Below are positions 1-8,639 of a DNA stretch of 64,000 nt, piece by piece (the first letter of the stretch is position 1; each line of letters starts with the position of its first letter). The stretch lies in contig JAOAIO010000004.1 of the NCBI GenBank assembly GCA_026414665.1, forward strand, positions 1,700-65,699, given 5' to 3'. Both the position numbers and the translations under genes were made by a program. Source of the stretch: Azovibrio sp. Lineage in GTDB: Bacteria > Pseudomonadota > Gammaproteobacteria > Burkholderiales > Rhodocyclaceae. The notes under the pieces are model-generated. The model ran no database searches and was not told the origin of the DNA. It saw only the letters and a list, made by a program, of their open reading frames with translations.

Positions 1-2
1 AG

Positions 3-734
3 AAGGAGGAATTCGAGGCCGGCCTGCAGCATTACTATGCCGTGCGGAGTGTCTTTTCCACCTTGACCAACAAGCTCTTCGCCCACCTCGGCCTCGATGC
101 CCTGCGCAGTCTCACGCACGCCACCCGCGAAGCCATGCTCGAGGCCTCGTTTTCCAAGAGCCTCTCGGATGCCATGCAAGAGTTCTTCAAGGTGACGCGC
201 GGCAATCTGGAAAAATCACGCGAGGAGGTGGAGGAAATCCGCAGCATGATGGAGGCGGTCTATAAGCGGCTGTCTGTCGAATATGGCCTCAAGCTGCCGG
301 CTCCGGCCGCCTTTTCCCTCATGCGCTACGAGAAGGAACTCAACCGCCTCGAGACCTGGTGCGATACGCACTTGAACACGGCCTTGAATCTGCTCACGCA
401 CGAGAAGAAGAACATTACCCAGAAATTTTTCGAGGAAGTCGCGTTGCAAGTCAGAAAGGCGTTCGAGCGCGCCAACCGCGACGCGGAAAATTGGCTCAAA
501 GCCATCATGGCGCCGATGGAAACCCAGGTGCGCGAACATCAGATTCACTTGAAGCGCCGGCTGGAGAGCATCAAGCGCATCCATCAGGCTACCGATACTT
601 TGGAAGACAGGATAGGCGAGCTCGAGGGGGTGGAGACCGAGCTCTTGGCGCAGATTCAGTCGCTCGAGACAACTGCGGCGGCGCTGCGCCAGCTACTCGT
701 GCCCGAGCCCGTCCAGGTGCGGCGCGTGGCGTGA
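3..734 (+). CDS. 3' part of a probable dynamin-like GTPase family protein (5'-truncated by window edge)
   Basis: Frame open from window start. Long helical/coiled-coil C-terminus (WLKAIMAPMETQVREHQIHLKRRLESIKRI) resembles betaproteobacterial dynamin-family proteins. The GTPase domain is not in the window. Confidence 0.55.
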   Translation, partial: KEEFEAGLQHYYAVRSVFSTLTNKLFAHLGLDALRSLTHATREAMLEASFSKSLSDAMQEFFKVTRGNLEKSREEVEEIRSMMEAVYKRLSVEYGLKLPAPAAFSLMRYEKELNRLETWCDTHLNTALNLLTHEKKNITQKFFEEVALQVRKAFERANRDAENWLKAIMAPMETQVREHQIHLKRRLESIKRIHQATDTLEDRIGELEGVETELLAQIQSLETTAAALRQLLVPEPVQVRRVA

Positions 735-897
735 GTGGCGCTGGGTGTCGAAGCCGCAAGCCGCGCATCCCCCGCGCTGCGGCTCGATAGTCAGGGTGGG
801 GCGAGAATTTTGGGCGTTTCTTGGGGGCTGTGTCGCTATGCCGGCGCGGCAGCGCGCGATGCCTTGGGGCCTGCCGCAGCCGCGGGGCGACGGTCAG

Positions 898-1608
898 TTA
901 GGGCACGTTCGGAGTAACGCGCCCGGCGAACACCAGACCGACGGCCTGTACCGCCCGGACCGGCAGTTCCTGCCCAAGACCCAAACGGGCCTTGTGGCGT
1001 AAGCGCGAGAGCAGCACTTCGACGCCGTGGTAATCGCGGTCGCTGCGCTTACCCCAGAGCATGGCGATGAGCTGATCCTTGGTGAGCGTCTGGCCGTGAC
1101 AGGCCATCAGGCCGCCCATGAGGCGCTGCTCGGTCGTGGTGAGACGAATGCTGCGGCCGTCGGGGGCGACTAGGCGTGGTCCGGCCGGGTCGAGCCACCA
1201 GCCGGAAGGGCGGGTTTGTTCCTGGCTGCGGTTCTCCCACAGCATGGCGAGCCGGTAAAGCAGTTGCGTGGCCTGGATGGGCTTGGTAATGCAGCATTGG
1301 ATGCCGTGGGCGCGGGCGGCCGCTTCCGCGCTAGGCGCGGCGAGCGCGGCCAGGCCATAGGCGCCGCTTGGCGCGAGGTGCGCGAGGATGGCGCTGCCGG
1401 CGCCGTCAGGCAGGTCCAGGTCTACGAGCACCAGATCGGCTTGACGCACGGCGAGCTCGCGGTAGAAATCCAGCTCGCTGAGCGCCGCCCAGGCCGCCAT
1501 GCCGCGTGAGCGTAGGAGATCCAGCAGGACATCACGCAGGTCGGTGGCGGCTGTCACCACGGCCAAGGTCGGGGCGGGGTCGGAAAAGCGAAAATCGGTG
1601 CTTGACAT
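898..1608 (-). CDS. OmpR/PhoB-family response regulator with atypical receiver domain
   Basis: Receiver-like DLVLVDLDLPD and ITKP; winged-helix LTTTEQRLM...VEVLLSRLRHK...VRAVQAVG. Confidence 0.8.
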   Translation of the reverse strand: MSSTDFRFSDPAPTLAVVTAATDLRDVLLDLLRSRGMAAWAALSELDFYRELAVRQADLVLVDLDLPDGAGSAILAHLAPSGAYGLAALAAPSAEAAARAHGIQCCITKPIQATQLLYRLAMLWENRSQEQTRPSGWWLDPAGPRLVAPDGRSIRLTTTEQRLMGGLMACHGQTLTKDQLIAMLWGKRSDRDYHGVEVLLSRLRHKARLGLGQELPVRAVQAVGLVFAGRVTPNVP

Positions 1609-1786
1609 GCGGCTTTGTCGGCTTCTGGCATGAAAACTGGAATTGTCGAAACCGGGCTAGGCCGGTGCACTCACAAGCCCTCTCGTTCTGTTACCGTGAA
1701 AGTCGGTCAGCGGCTCTCGACGCTTGGCTGGGGGAGAGAGGGCCGCGCCGCTTTCATGCGCAAGGGAGCGCACCGATCATGATGGG

Positions 1787-3781
1787 TTAGGCGCGCGACT
1801 TGCCTGCCGCCAGCATCGCCTTGATGGCTTCGAGCCGGGCTGCGCCGGCGGCGCGGTCGAGCGGCGCTTGAGCCTTGCCGCCCGAGAAGCGCAGATCTGC
1901 TTCGCCCATTTCGGCAATGAAGCGCGAGGGTTCGCAGGTAACCCATTCGCGGTTCTGCTTGCGCCGCTCACAGTAGGAAATGTGTAGGCTCTCGCGGGCG
2001 CGGGTGATGCCGACATACATCAGGCGCCGCTCTTCTTCGATCTTGCCGCTTTCTACGGCTTCGCGGTGCGGCAAGATGCCCTCTTCGACGCCGACCAGGA
2101 AGACATGCTTGTATTCGAGGCCCTTGGCCGCGTGCAAGGTGGAAAGCTGGACCCCATCAAAGGCTTCATCTTGCTTGTCGAGCATGTTGATGAGGGCGAT
2201 GGTCTGGGTCAGATCGACCAAGGTTTTGCCATCCGCTTCGCCTTTGCGGCTTAGCCACTGGGTGAATTCGCAAACGTTGGCCCATTTGCTTTCTGCCGTG
2301 CGGGCTTCTTCGTGATCGAACAAGAAGGCCTCGTAATCGATGGCTTCGAGCAGATCGGGCAATACCACGTGCGCCGGCTCGTGTTCGGCCCGGCCCTGCA
2401 TCCGGGTGATGAAGTGGCAGAACTCGAGCAGTGGTTCGAGTTGGCGGGCCTGGACGCGTTGGGCGAAGCCTTCCTCGCAGGCGGCATCGAACAAGGCGAT
2501 GTGCCGCTCGCCGGCGTAGGTGCCGAGCGCTTGCAGGGTGCCGGCGCCGATGCCGCGCTTGGGCGTGGTGGCGGCGCGGATGAAGGCGGGGTCGTCCTCG
2601 CGGTTGGCGAATAGGCGCAAATAGGCGATCAAATCCTTGATCTCGGCCTTGTCGAAGAAGGATTGGCCGCCGGAGAGTAGGTAAGGAATGCGCTGGTTTC
2701 TTAGCTGTTGCTCGAACAGCCGCGCCAGGTGATTGGAGCGGTAGAGAATGGCGTAGTCGGACCATTTGCCGCGCTGCTCGAAGCGGTGCGCCTGTAGCCG
2801 GATGACGACGCTCTCGGCTTCGCGCTCATGGTCGGGGCAGGCGGTGACGCTGATCGGCTCGCCATAGCCGAGTTCGGACCAGAGCTGCTTTTCGAACAGT
2901 TTCTCGTTGTGGGCGATGACGTTGTTGGCGGCCTTGAGAATGCGCACCGTGGACCGGTAGTTCTGTTCTAGCTTGATGATTTTCAGGCGCGGGAAATCTT
3001 GCGGCAGCTTCCTGAGGTTCTCGATGTCGGCGCCGCGCCAGGCGTAGATGCTCTGGTCGTCGTCGCCCACGGCGGTGAACTGCTGGCGCGGCCCGGTGAG
3101 CAGCTTCAAGAGGGCGTACTGGCAGGCATTGGTGTCCTGGTATTCATCCACGAGCAGGTAGCGCAGGCGGTTTTGCCATTTTTCCCGCACTTTTGGGTGG
3201 GTCTCGAAGAGTTGGGTCGGTAGCAGGATCAGGTCGTCGAAATCGACGGCCTGGTAAGCCTTCAGGGTGGCGGCGTAGGCGAGATAGACTTGGGCGGCGC
3301 GCCGTTCCATCTCGCTCGTTGCGCGTTCCAAGGCGGCCTTTGGCGGGATGAGGGCGTTTTTCCAGGCGGAGATGAGGCTTTGCATGCTGCGCAACGTCGT
3401 TTTGTCTACGCTGCCTGCCAGATCGGCGATGATGCCAGCGCAATCGGCGGCATCGAAAATGGAAAAGCGCGGCTTGTAGCCGAGCAATTTGGCCTCTTCG
3501 CGCAGAATGCGGACGCCCAGCGCGTGAAAGGTGGAAATCTGCAACTCAGCCGCGGCCTGGGCGGGGATGAGCGTGGCGACGCGCTCTTGCATTTCCCGGG
3601 CGGCTTTGTTGGTGAAGGTGATGGCGGCGATGTTGCGCGGCGCGAAGCCGCAGCTTTCGACCAGGTAGGCGATTTTCTGTGTGATGACCCGAGTCTTGCC
3701 CGAACCGGCGCCGGCCAGCACCAGGAGCGGTCCGTCGAGGTAATGGATGGCGGCTTGCTGCTGGGGGTTGAGACCGGACAT
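1787..3781 (-). CDS. rep: ATP-dependent DNA helicase Rep (UvrD/Rep family)
   Basis: LVLAGAGSGKT, DEYQDTN, VGDDDQSIY, LEQNYRS, STLHAAKGLE, EERRLMYVGITRA; start placed at MSGLNPQQ. Confidence 0.88.
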   Translation of the reverse strand: MSGLNPQQQAAIHYLDGPLLVLAGAGSGKTRVITQKIAYLVESCGFAPRNIAAITFTNKAAREMQERVATLIPAQAAAELQISTFHALGVRILREEAKLLGYKPRFSIFDAADCAGIIADLAGSVDKTTLRSMQSLISAWKNALIPPKAALERATSEMERRAAQVYLAYAATLKAYQAVDFDDLILLPTQLFETHPKVREKWQNRLRYLLVDEYQDTNACQYALLKLLTGPRQQFTAVGDDDQSIYAWRGADIENLRKLPQDFPRLKIIKLEQNYRSTVRILKAANNVIAHNEKLFEKQLWSELGYGEPISVTACPDHEREAESVVIRLQAHRFEQRGKWSDYAILYRSNHLARLFEQQLRNQRIPYLLSGGQSFFDKAEIKDLIAYLRLFANREDDPAFIRAATTPKRGIGAGTLQALGTYAGERHIALFDAACEEGFAQRVQARQLEPLLEFCHFITRMQGRAEHEPAHVVLPDLLEAIDYEAFLFDHEEARTAESKWANVCEFTQWLSRKGEADGKTLVDLTQTIALINMLDKQDEAFDGVQLSTLHAAKGLEYKHVFLVGVEEGILPHREAVESGKIEEERRLMYVGITRARESLHISYCERRKQNREWVTCEPSRFIAEMGEADLRFSGGKAQAPLDRAAGAARLEAIKAMLAAGKSRA

Positions 3782-3866
3782 CGGCGGAAGCATCGGGATA
3801 AGAAAGCGGCGCACGGCTACCAGGCCGCGCCGAGGACGGGATTCTACCTATGTTTTGCAAGGCCTG

Positions 3867-4169
3867 TCAGGCTTCCAAGTCCAGCTTCGGATGCGGGCGC
3901 TTTGGCGGGGGCAGGGGCTGAAGTAGGCGGCTGGCATCGCCGCCGAGTCGGGCCAGATCGGCGGCCAGGGCGGTAGCTTCGGCGCGCATGTGCGCGGCTC
4001 CGGCATAGGGGCCGTGCGCCAGGGCTTCGACGGCATCGAGCAGTTCTTGCAGCGCATGGCGGGGGTCCGCCTGGACGGCCGCCGCCGCCGTCACCCGGCG
4101 TGGTCCGAGCCGGGCGCGGGCGGCATCGGTATCCGGCGGCAGGGTTAGGGCAAGGCGGGACAGCTTCAT
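3867..4169 (-). CDS. hypothetical protein (100 aa)
   Basis: ATG preceded by AGGAGG; fills the gap between the DUF4197 gene and rep on the same strand; no recognised motif. Confidence 0.5.
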   Translation of the reverse strand: MKLSRLALTLPPDTDAARARLGPRRVTAAAAVQADPRHALQELLDAVEALAHGPYAGAAHMRAEATALAADLARLGGDASRLLQPLPPPKRPHPKLDLEA

Positions 4170-4221
4170 GGCGGACCTCCTGGCCCTGTTCACGGCCAGG
4201 AGCGGCTCGCGCTTGAGCGCA

Positions 4222-4908
4222 TCAGAGCGCGCCGAAGACTTTTTTCAGCAGCTCGCTGCCGGCGCCGAGCGGATTTTGCCGGAGCGCCTTTTCTTGTTCG
4301 GCGATGATCAGGTAAAGCCCATCCAGGGCGCGCGCCGTGACATAGCTGTCCAGGTTCGCGTCTTTCTTGTCCAACAGGCCGAGTTGCGCGGCATGGCCGG
4401 CGTAGGTGTTGTAGGTTTCGGCGAGCCGTACCTTAGCGGTGGCTTGCTTGACGATGGGTAGGAATTTGGCGCTTAGCGGCTTATCCGTGGTGCGGCGGAA
4501 ATACTGGGTAACGGCATCGTCGCCGCCGGTGAGGATGTCTTTGGCGTCCTTCACCGTCATCTGCCTGATGGCGTCCATGAGAATGGGCCGGGCTTCGGCC
4601 ACGGCGAGTTCCGCGGCGCGGTTCATCGCGGTGATGAGCGCGTCGGCCTGGGCCTGCATCCCGAAGACACGCATGGCTTTTTCGGCGCCCTTGAGCGAGT
4701 CGGGTAGGCCGATGCGCACTTTCTTGTTGCCGAGAAAGCCGTTTTCCACCCCGAGGTGAGCAACCGCGAAATCAGCGCCGCGCACGAGGGCTTCTTTGAG
4801 ACCGGACGAGGCTTCGCTTGGGGATACGCCCGCGAGTCCGGCGGCATGGCTGGGGGCTGTGCTCAGGACGAGGCTAAGGGCAAGGAGAAGAGGGGCGAGC
4901 AAGGACAT
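4222..4908 (-). CDS. DUF4197 family exported protein
   Basis: Signal peptide; GLKEAL..GA, AMNRAAE.AV, DAKDIL.GG..A.TQYF, ALDGLY..IAEQEK..R.NP. Confidence 0.85.
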   Translation of the reverse strand: MSLLAPLLLALSLVLSTAPSHAAGLAGVSPSEASSGLKEALVRGADFAVAHLGVENGFLGNKKVRIGLPDSLKGAEKAMRVFGMQAQADALITAMNRAAELAVAEARPILMDAIRQMTVKDAKDILTGGDDAVTQYFRRTTDKPLSAKFLPIVKQATAKVRLAETYNTYAGHAAQLGLLDKKDANLDSYVTARALDGLYLIIAEQEKALRQNPLGAGSELLKKVFGAL

Positions 4909-4944
4909 GGCGGCTCCGCGGGGCATCGAGATCGGGACGACATT

Positions 4945-5715
4945 TCACCACAAAGCCGGCGCCTCCGGCAGCCTCGGCGCCATGGCGGCGAGGCGCAGCA
5001 CGCTGCCGATCACGATCAGGGCGGGCGGCTTGACGCCGTGACGGCGCGCGGTATCCGGCAGCTCGGCCAAGGTGCTGCGCCAAAGCCGTTGTTCGGGCAG
5101 GGTGGCCTTGTAGATCAGGGCGGCGGGCGTGTCTGGCGCGAGGCCGTGCGCCTGTAGCTGCGTCACGATGGTATCGAGTCCGGCCATGCCCATGTAGAAC
5201 ACGAGCGTCTGCTGTGGCCGGGCGAGCGCCGGCCAGTCGAGATTGACGCTGTGGTCCTTGAGGTGGCCGGTGACGAATACGCAGCTCTGGGCGTGGTCGC
5301 GGTGCGTCAGAGGAAAGCCGAAGGCGGCGCCGGCGCCGAGCGCCGCGGTGATGCCGGGCACGATCTCGACGGTGATGCCGGCAGCCAAGAGCGTCTCCAT
5401 TTCTTCGCCACCACGGCCGAACACGAAGGGGTCGCCGCCCTTGAGCCGCACGACCCGCTTGCCGGCGCGTGCCAGGCGCAGTAAGAGGGCGCTGATTTCC
5501 TCCTGCGGCAAGGTGTGGTGCGAGGCTTTCTTGCCGACATAGATGCGTTCGACCCCGACCGGGATCATGTCCAAGATGGCGGCGCCGACGAGATGGTCGT
5601 GCACCACGACTTGCGCGGCTTCGAGGCGGCGCAATGCCTTGAGGGTGAGGAGTTCCGGGTCGCCGGGGCCGGCGCCGACCAAGGCGACCGAGCCAAGTGC
5701 TGGGGGGGTGTGCAT
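4945..5715 (-). CDS. cobA: uroporphyrinogen-III C-methyltransferase
   Basis: LVGAGPGDPELLTLKA, VVRLKGGDPFVFGRGGEE, PGITAA, VTGH. Confidence 0.93.
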   Translation of the reverse strand: MHTPPALGSVALVGAGPGDPELLTLKALRRLEAAQVVVHDHLVGAAILDMIPVGVERIYVGKKASHHTLPQEEISALLLRLARAGKRVVRLKGGDPFVFGRGGEEMETLLAAGITVEIVPGITAALGAGAAFGFPLTHRDHAQSCVFVTGHLKDHSVNLDWPALARPQQTLVFYMGMAGLDTIVTQLQAHGLAPDTPAALIYKATLPEQRLWRSTLAELPDTARRHGVKPPALIVIGSVLRLAAMAPRLPEAPALW

Positions 5716-5721
5716 CGTCGT

Positions 5722-6690
5722 TCAAATTCCGGCAGGGGAGTCAGGGGTGGGGTGGCGCAGCAGCGCATCGATGTATTCGACCGGCAAACGATACTCGCGT
5801 GCCAGGTCCGGCGCGCTTTTGCCGCTGCTGCGGATCGTGGCGAGCCAACCTTCGAGCCCGCTGGCAAGCGAGTGGCCAGCCTGTTCGCCGGCGCGGGTCT
5901 CGCGTTCGCCGGCATGGAGTTCGTATTTGTTGGCATAGCCTCGCGGCGTGACCATGCGGCCATGCTGGATGAAGGTGTGGGAGTTGCCGATCAGCACGGT
6001 AGACAACATGCCGATTTCCGCTTCCGTCATGGCCAAGAGCGTGGTGAATTCGATGCGCTGCTTGGGGCGGTAGGCGGATTTGACGATGGCCACTGGCGTA
6101 TCAGGCGCGCGGTGGCGCAGGAAGATGCGCTGCGCTTCCTCGATCTGGCGCGTGCGCCGGCCGCTCTTGGGGTTGTAGAGCGCGACGACGAAATCGGCAT
6201 AGGCCGCCGCGTCCAGGCGCCGGGCGATGACGGGCCAGGGGGTGAGCAGGTCGGAGAGCGAAATGGCGCAAAAATCGTGGGTGAGCGGCGCGCCGACCAG
6301 GGCGGCGCAGCTATTGATGGCGGAGGCGCCCGGGATGATCTCGACCTCGATGCCGGAGTCCGGCGTCCAACCCGCTTGGAATAGCACCTCGAAGGTTGGG
6401 CCGGCCATGCCATACACGCCGGCATCGCCTGATGAGACCAGCGCGACTTTCTTGCCTTGCTGCGCACGTTCGAGCGCTTCGATGGCGCGGTCGAGCTCTT
6501 CGGTCATGCCTTTTTTCACGACTTCCTTGCCGTCGAGGAGATCGGTGAGCAGGCGGATGTAGGTGGCGTAGCCGATCACCGTATCGGCTTCGGCGATGGC
6601 GGCGCGGGCGCGGGCGGTGAGATGCTCATGGCTGCCTGGGCCGAGGCCGACGAGCATGATCTTGCCGGGGTGGGTAAATGTTGCATTCAT
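5722..6690 (-). CDS. cbiH: (cobalt-)precorrin-3B C17-methyltransferase CbiH/CobJ with C-terminal extension
   Basis: VGLGPG, SSGDAGVYGMAG, GAPLTHDFCAISLSDLLTPW, LYNPKS, TPRGY. Confidence 0.92.
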   Translation of the reverse strand: MNATFTHPGKIMLVGLGPGSHEHLTARARAAIAEADTVIGYATYIRLLTDLLDGKEVVKKGMTEELDRAIEALERAQQGKKVALVSSGDAGVYGMAGPTFEVLFQAGWTPDSGIEVEIIPGASAINSCAALVGAPLTHDFCAISLSDLLTPWPVIARRLDAAAYADFVVALYNPKSGRRTRQIEEAQRIFLRHRAPDTPVAIVKSAYRPKQRIEFTTLLAMTEAEIGMLSTVLIGNSHTFIQHGRMVTPRGYANKYELHAGERETRAGEQAGHSLASGLEGWLATIRSSGKSAPDLAREYRLPVEYIDALLRHPTPDSPAGI

Positions 6691-6700
6691 GCGCAAAACC

Positions 6701-7096
6701 TCAGTGGGGAATCTTGGCGATGGAAACGGTGGCATGGCGGCCGTCGGGGCCGCGCAGCTTGTGTTTTTCGATGAGCAGAGCGCTCGCGTCGGCGCCGGCC
6801 GCGAGCAGGGCGGCGGCCTCGCTCACCGACGGCGTGCCGGTGTGACGGCGCACGGTTTCGGAGGGGTTGGGTACGCTGACGCGCGCGAGCGCCGCCGCCG
6901 GATAAAAGTGAATCTGCCAGCCTTGCGTCGCGGCGAGCTCAGCCAAGCCCGGCTCGTCGGCTTTCAGATCGATCGAGGCGACGGCGGCGATCTGATGCCA
7001 GCGCGCCCCACATGCGGCGAGGGCTTCGGCGATAGCCTGGGTCAAAGTGGCGGCCGGGGTGCCGCGGTCGCAGCCTAGTCCGAGGGCGATCTTCAT
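6701..7096 (-). CDS. CbiG C-terminal domain / CobE-like protein
   Basis: LGLGCDRG, ASIDLKADEPGL, PSETV...GTPSVSEAAAL. Confidence 0.88.
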   Translation of the reverse strand: MKIALGLGCDRGTPAATLTQAIAEALAACGARWHQIAAVASIDLKADEPGLAELAATQGWQIHFYPAAALARVSVPNPSETVRRHTGTPSVSEAAALLAAGADASALLIEKHKLRGPDGRHATVSIAKIPH

Positions 7097-7836
7097 GGTC
7101 GATACACGACGCAGCGGCCCGCCAGGCGCGGCGCGAGCGCCGCCGGCATGGGCCGGTCGCTGATCCAGAGCACCGCCGCATAGCGTTCGAGCGGCACCGC
7201 CTCGAGGCGGGAAAACAAGCTGACATTGGCCGGCAAGGGTCCGCTACGGCCGTTGGCATGGCCGCGCCACCAGTCGGAACTGCCCGTTTCTTGCACCAGC
7301 GCCACCGGTTCGTCATTCACCATGGCGGCGCTGCAATGCACGATTTCGGCGTGGCTTGCTTCGAATTTCCAGCCCAGCTCGCGGCCGAGCAAATCCACGG
7401 CGATGGTTTCTCGGGCATCGGAGGCCGTGGTCAGCGCCGCTGTGGCGCCCAAGGCGGTGGCGAGATGGCCGGCCAGGCGGTTGGCGCCGCCGAGATGGCC
7501 GGAGAGCACGGGAATGGCAAAGCGCCCGGCTTCATCGAGCACGACCACGGCCGGGTCGCGCTCCTTGCTCTCGAGGTGCGGCGCGATCAAGCGCACCACG
7601 GCGCCGAGCGACACGATGGCGACGAGCGCATCGAAGCCGGCGAAAAGCGCCGGGATCTGCTCGCCGACCTTGCCGGCGTAGCAGTGCGCTTGGCTGCCGG
7701 CTTGGCCGGCGACGGCGGCTTCGGCTTCGGCGCGGAACTTTTCTGGGGCGAACAATTGCGCGCCGGGCAGGGCGGCGACGACGCGGCCGGCGAGGCTGAT
7801 GCCGTGCCGGGTGATGGCGACGACGGCGATGTTCAT
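7093..7836 (-). CDS. cbiG: cobalt-precorrin-5A hydrolase CbiG, N-terminal and middle domains
   Basis: SLGAVVRLIAP....K..DPAVVVLDE.G.FAIPVLSGHLGGAN.LA, TTASD. Confidence 0.9.
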   Translation of the reverse strand: MNIAVVAITRHGISLAGRVVAALPGAQLFAPEKFRAEAEAAVAGQAGSQAHCYAGKVGEQIPALFAGFDALVAIVSLGAVVRLIAPHLESKERDPAVVVLDEAGRFAIPVLSGHLGGANRLAGHLATALGATAALTTASDARETIAVDLLGRELGWKFEASHAEIVHCSAAMVNDEPVALVQETGSSDWWRGHANGRSGPLPANVSLFSRLEAVPLERYAAVLWISDRPMPAALAPRLAGRCVVYRP

Positions 7837-8639
7837 GGCGCGTCTCCGGGTTGCTGCGCCGGCGCGCTGCGGCGTGCGCGGCAGCCGCGTAGCAAGGCGC
7901 GGCGTGGGCGGTAGGGGTTACGCACGAGCAGCAAGGATAGGTAATGCGCCGGCACATCGGCAAGGTCGGCGAGGTTGCGCACGATACGCTCATCGGGGGC
8001 GCCGACCTTTTCGACGAATACCGCGTGCTCGAGCAGGCCGCGGCGGGTCAGCAGGGCGATGAGGTCGGGCAGGAGCGGCTTGACCTTGAGCAAGGCCAAG
8101 GTATCGAAGGCATCGAGCAATCCTTCGATGACCTCGATGCCGTAAGCGGCGGGGATGATGGCCAAGGTGTCGTCTTCTTCGGCCAGCGTCATGTCGGTCC
8201 GGGCCGCGGCGGCGGCGAAGGAGGCGACGCCGGGAATGGTCTCGACCTCGACTTCTGGCGCTAGCTCGCGCACCACACGGGCGAGATGGCCGAAGGTGGC
8301 GAAGGTCGAGGCATCGCCTTCGACGAGGAATACCAGGTCGCGTCCTTCGGCGAGCAGGGCCAGCGTTTGTTGCGCCGCCCGCGCCCAGGCGCGCGCCAGG
8401 ACTTCCGGGTCGCGGCTCATCGGAAACACGAGCGGCACGGCATCGGCGGGAACGGCGAGGCCGCCGCGGGTGACGATGGACAGGGCATAGGAGGCCGCCT
8501 CGGCCTTTTTGACCGGGTACAGCCAGCGCGCTCCGGATTGCAGGGCGCGCCAGGCGCGGCGGGTAATCAGCTCCGGGTCGCCAGGGCCGAGCGAGGCGCC
8601 GATCAATTTGCCATAAGTGCGGGGCGGAGAGGCTTGCAT
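7833..8639 (-). CDS. cbiL: (cobalt-)precorrin-2 C20-methyltransferase CbiL/CobI
   Basis: SLGPGDPELIT, LVFPM, EGDASTFATF, IPGVASF, LLKV, YLSLL. Confidence 0.9.
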   Translation of the reverse strand: MQASPPRTYGKLIGASLGPGDPELITRRAWRALQSGARWLYPVKKAEAASYALSIVTRGGLAVPADAVPLVFPMSRDPEVLARAWARAAQQTLALLAEGRDLVFLVEGDASTFATFGHLARVVRELAPEVEVETIPGVASFAAAAARTDMTLAEEDDTLAIIPAAYGIEVIEGLLDAFDTLALLKVKPLLPDLIALLTRRGLLEHAVFVEKVGAPDERIVRNLADLADVPAHYLSLLLVRNPYRPRRALLRGCRARRSAPAQQPGDAP

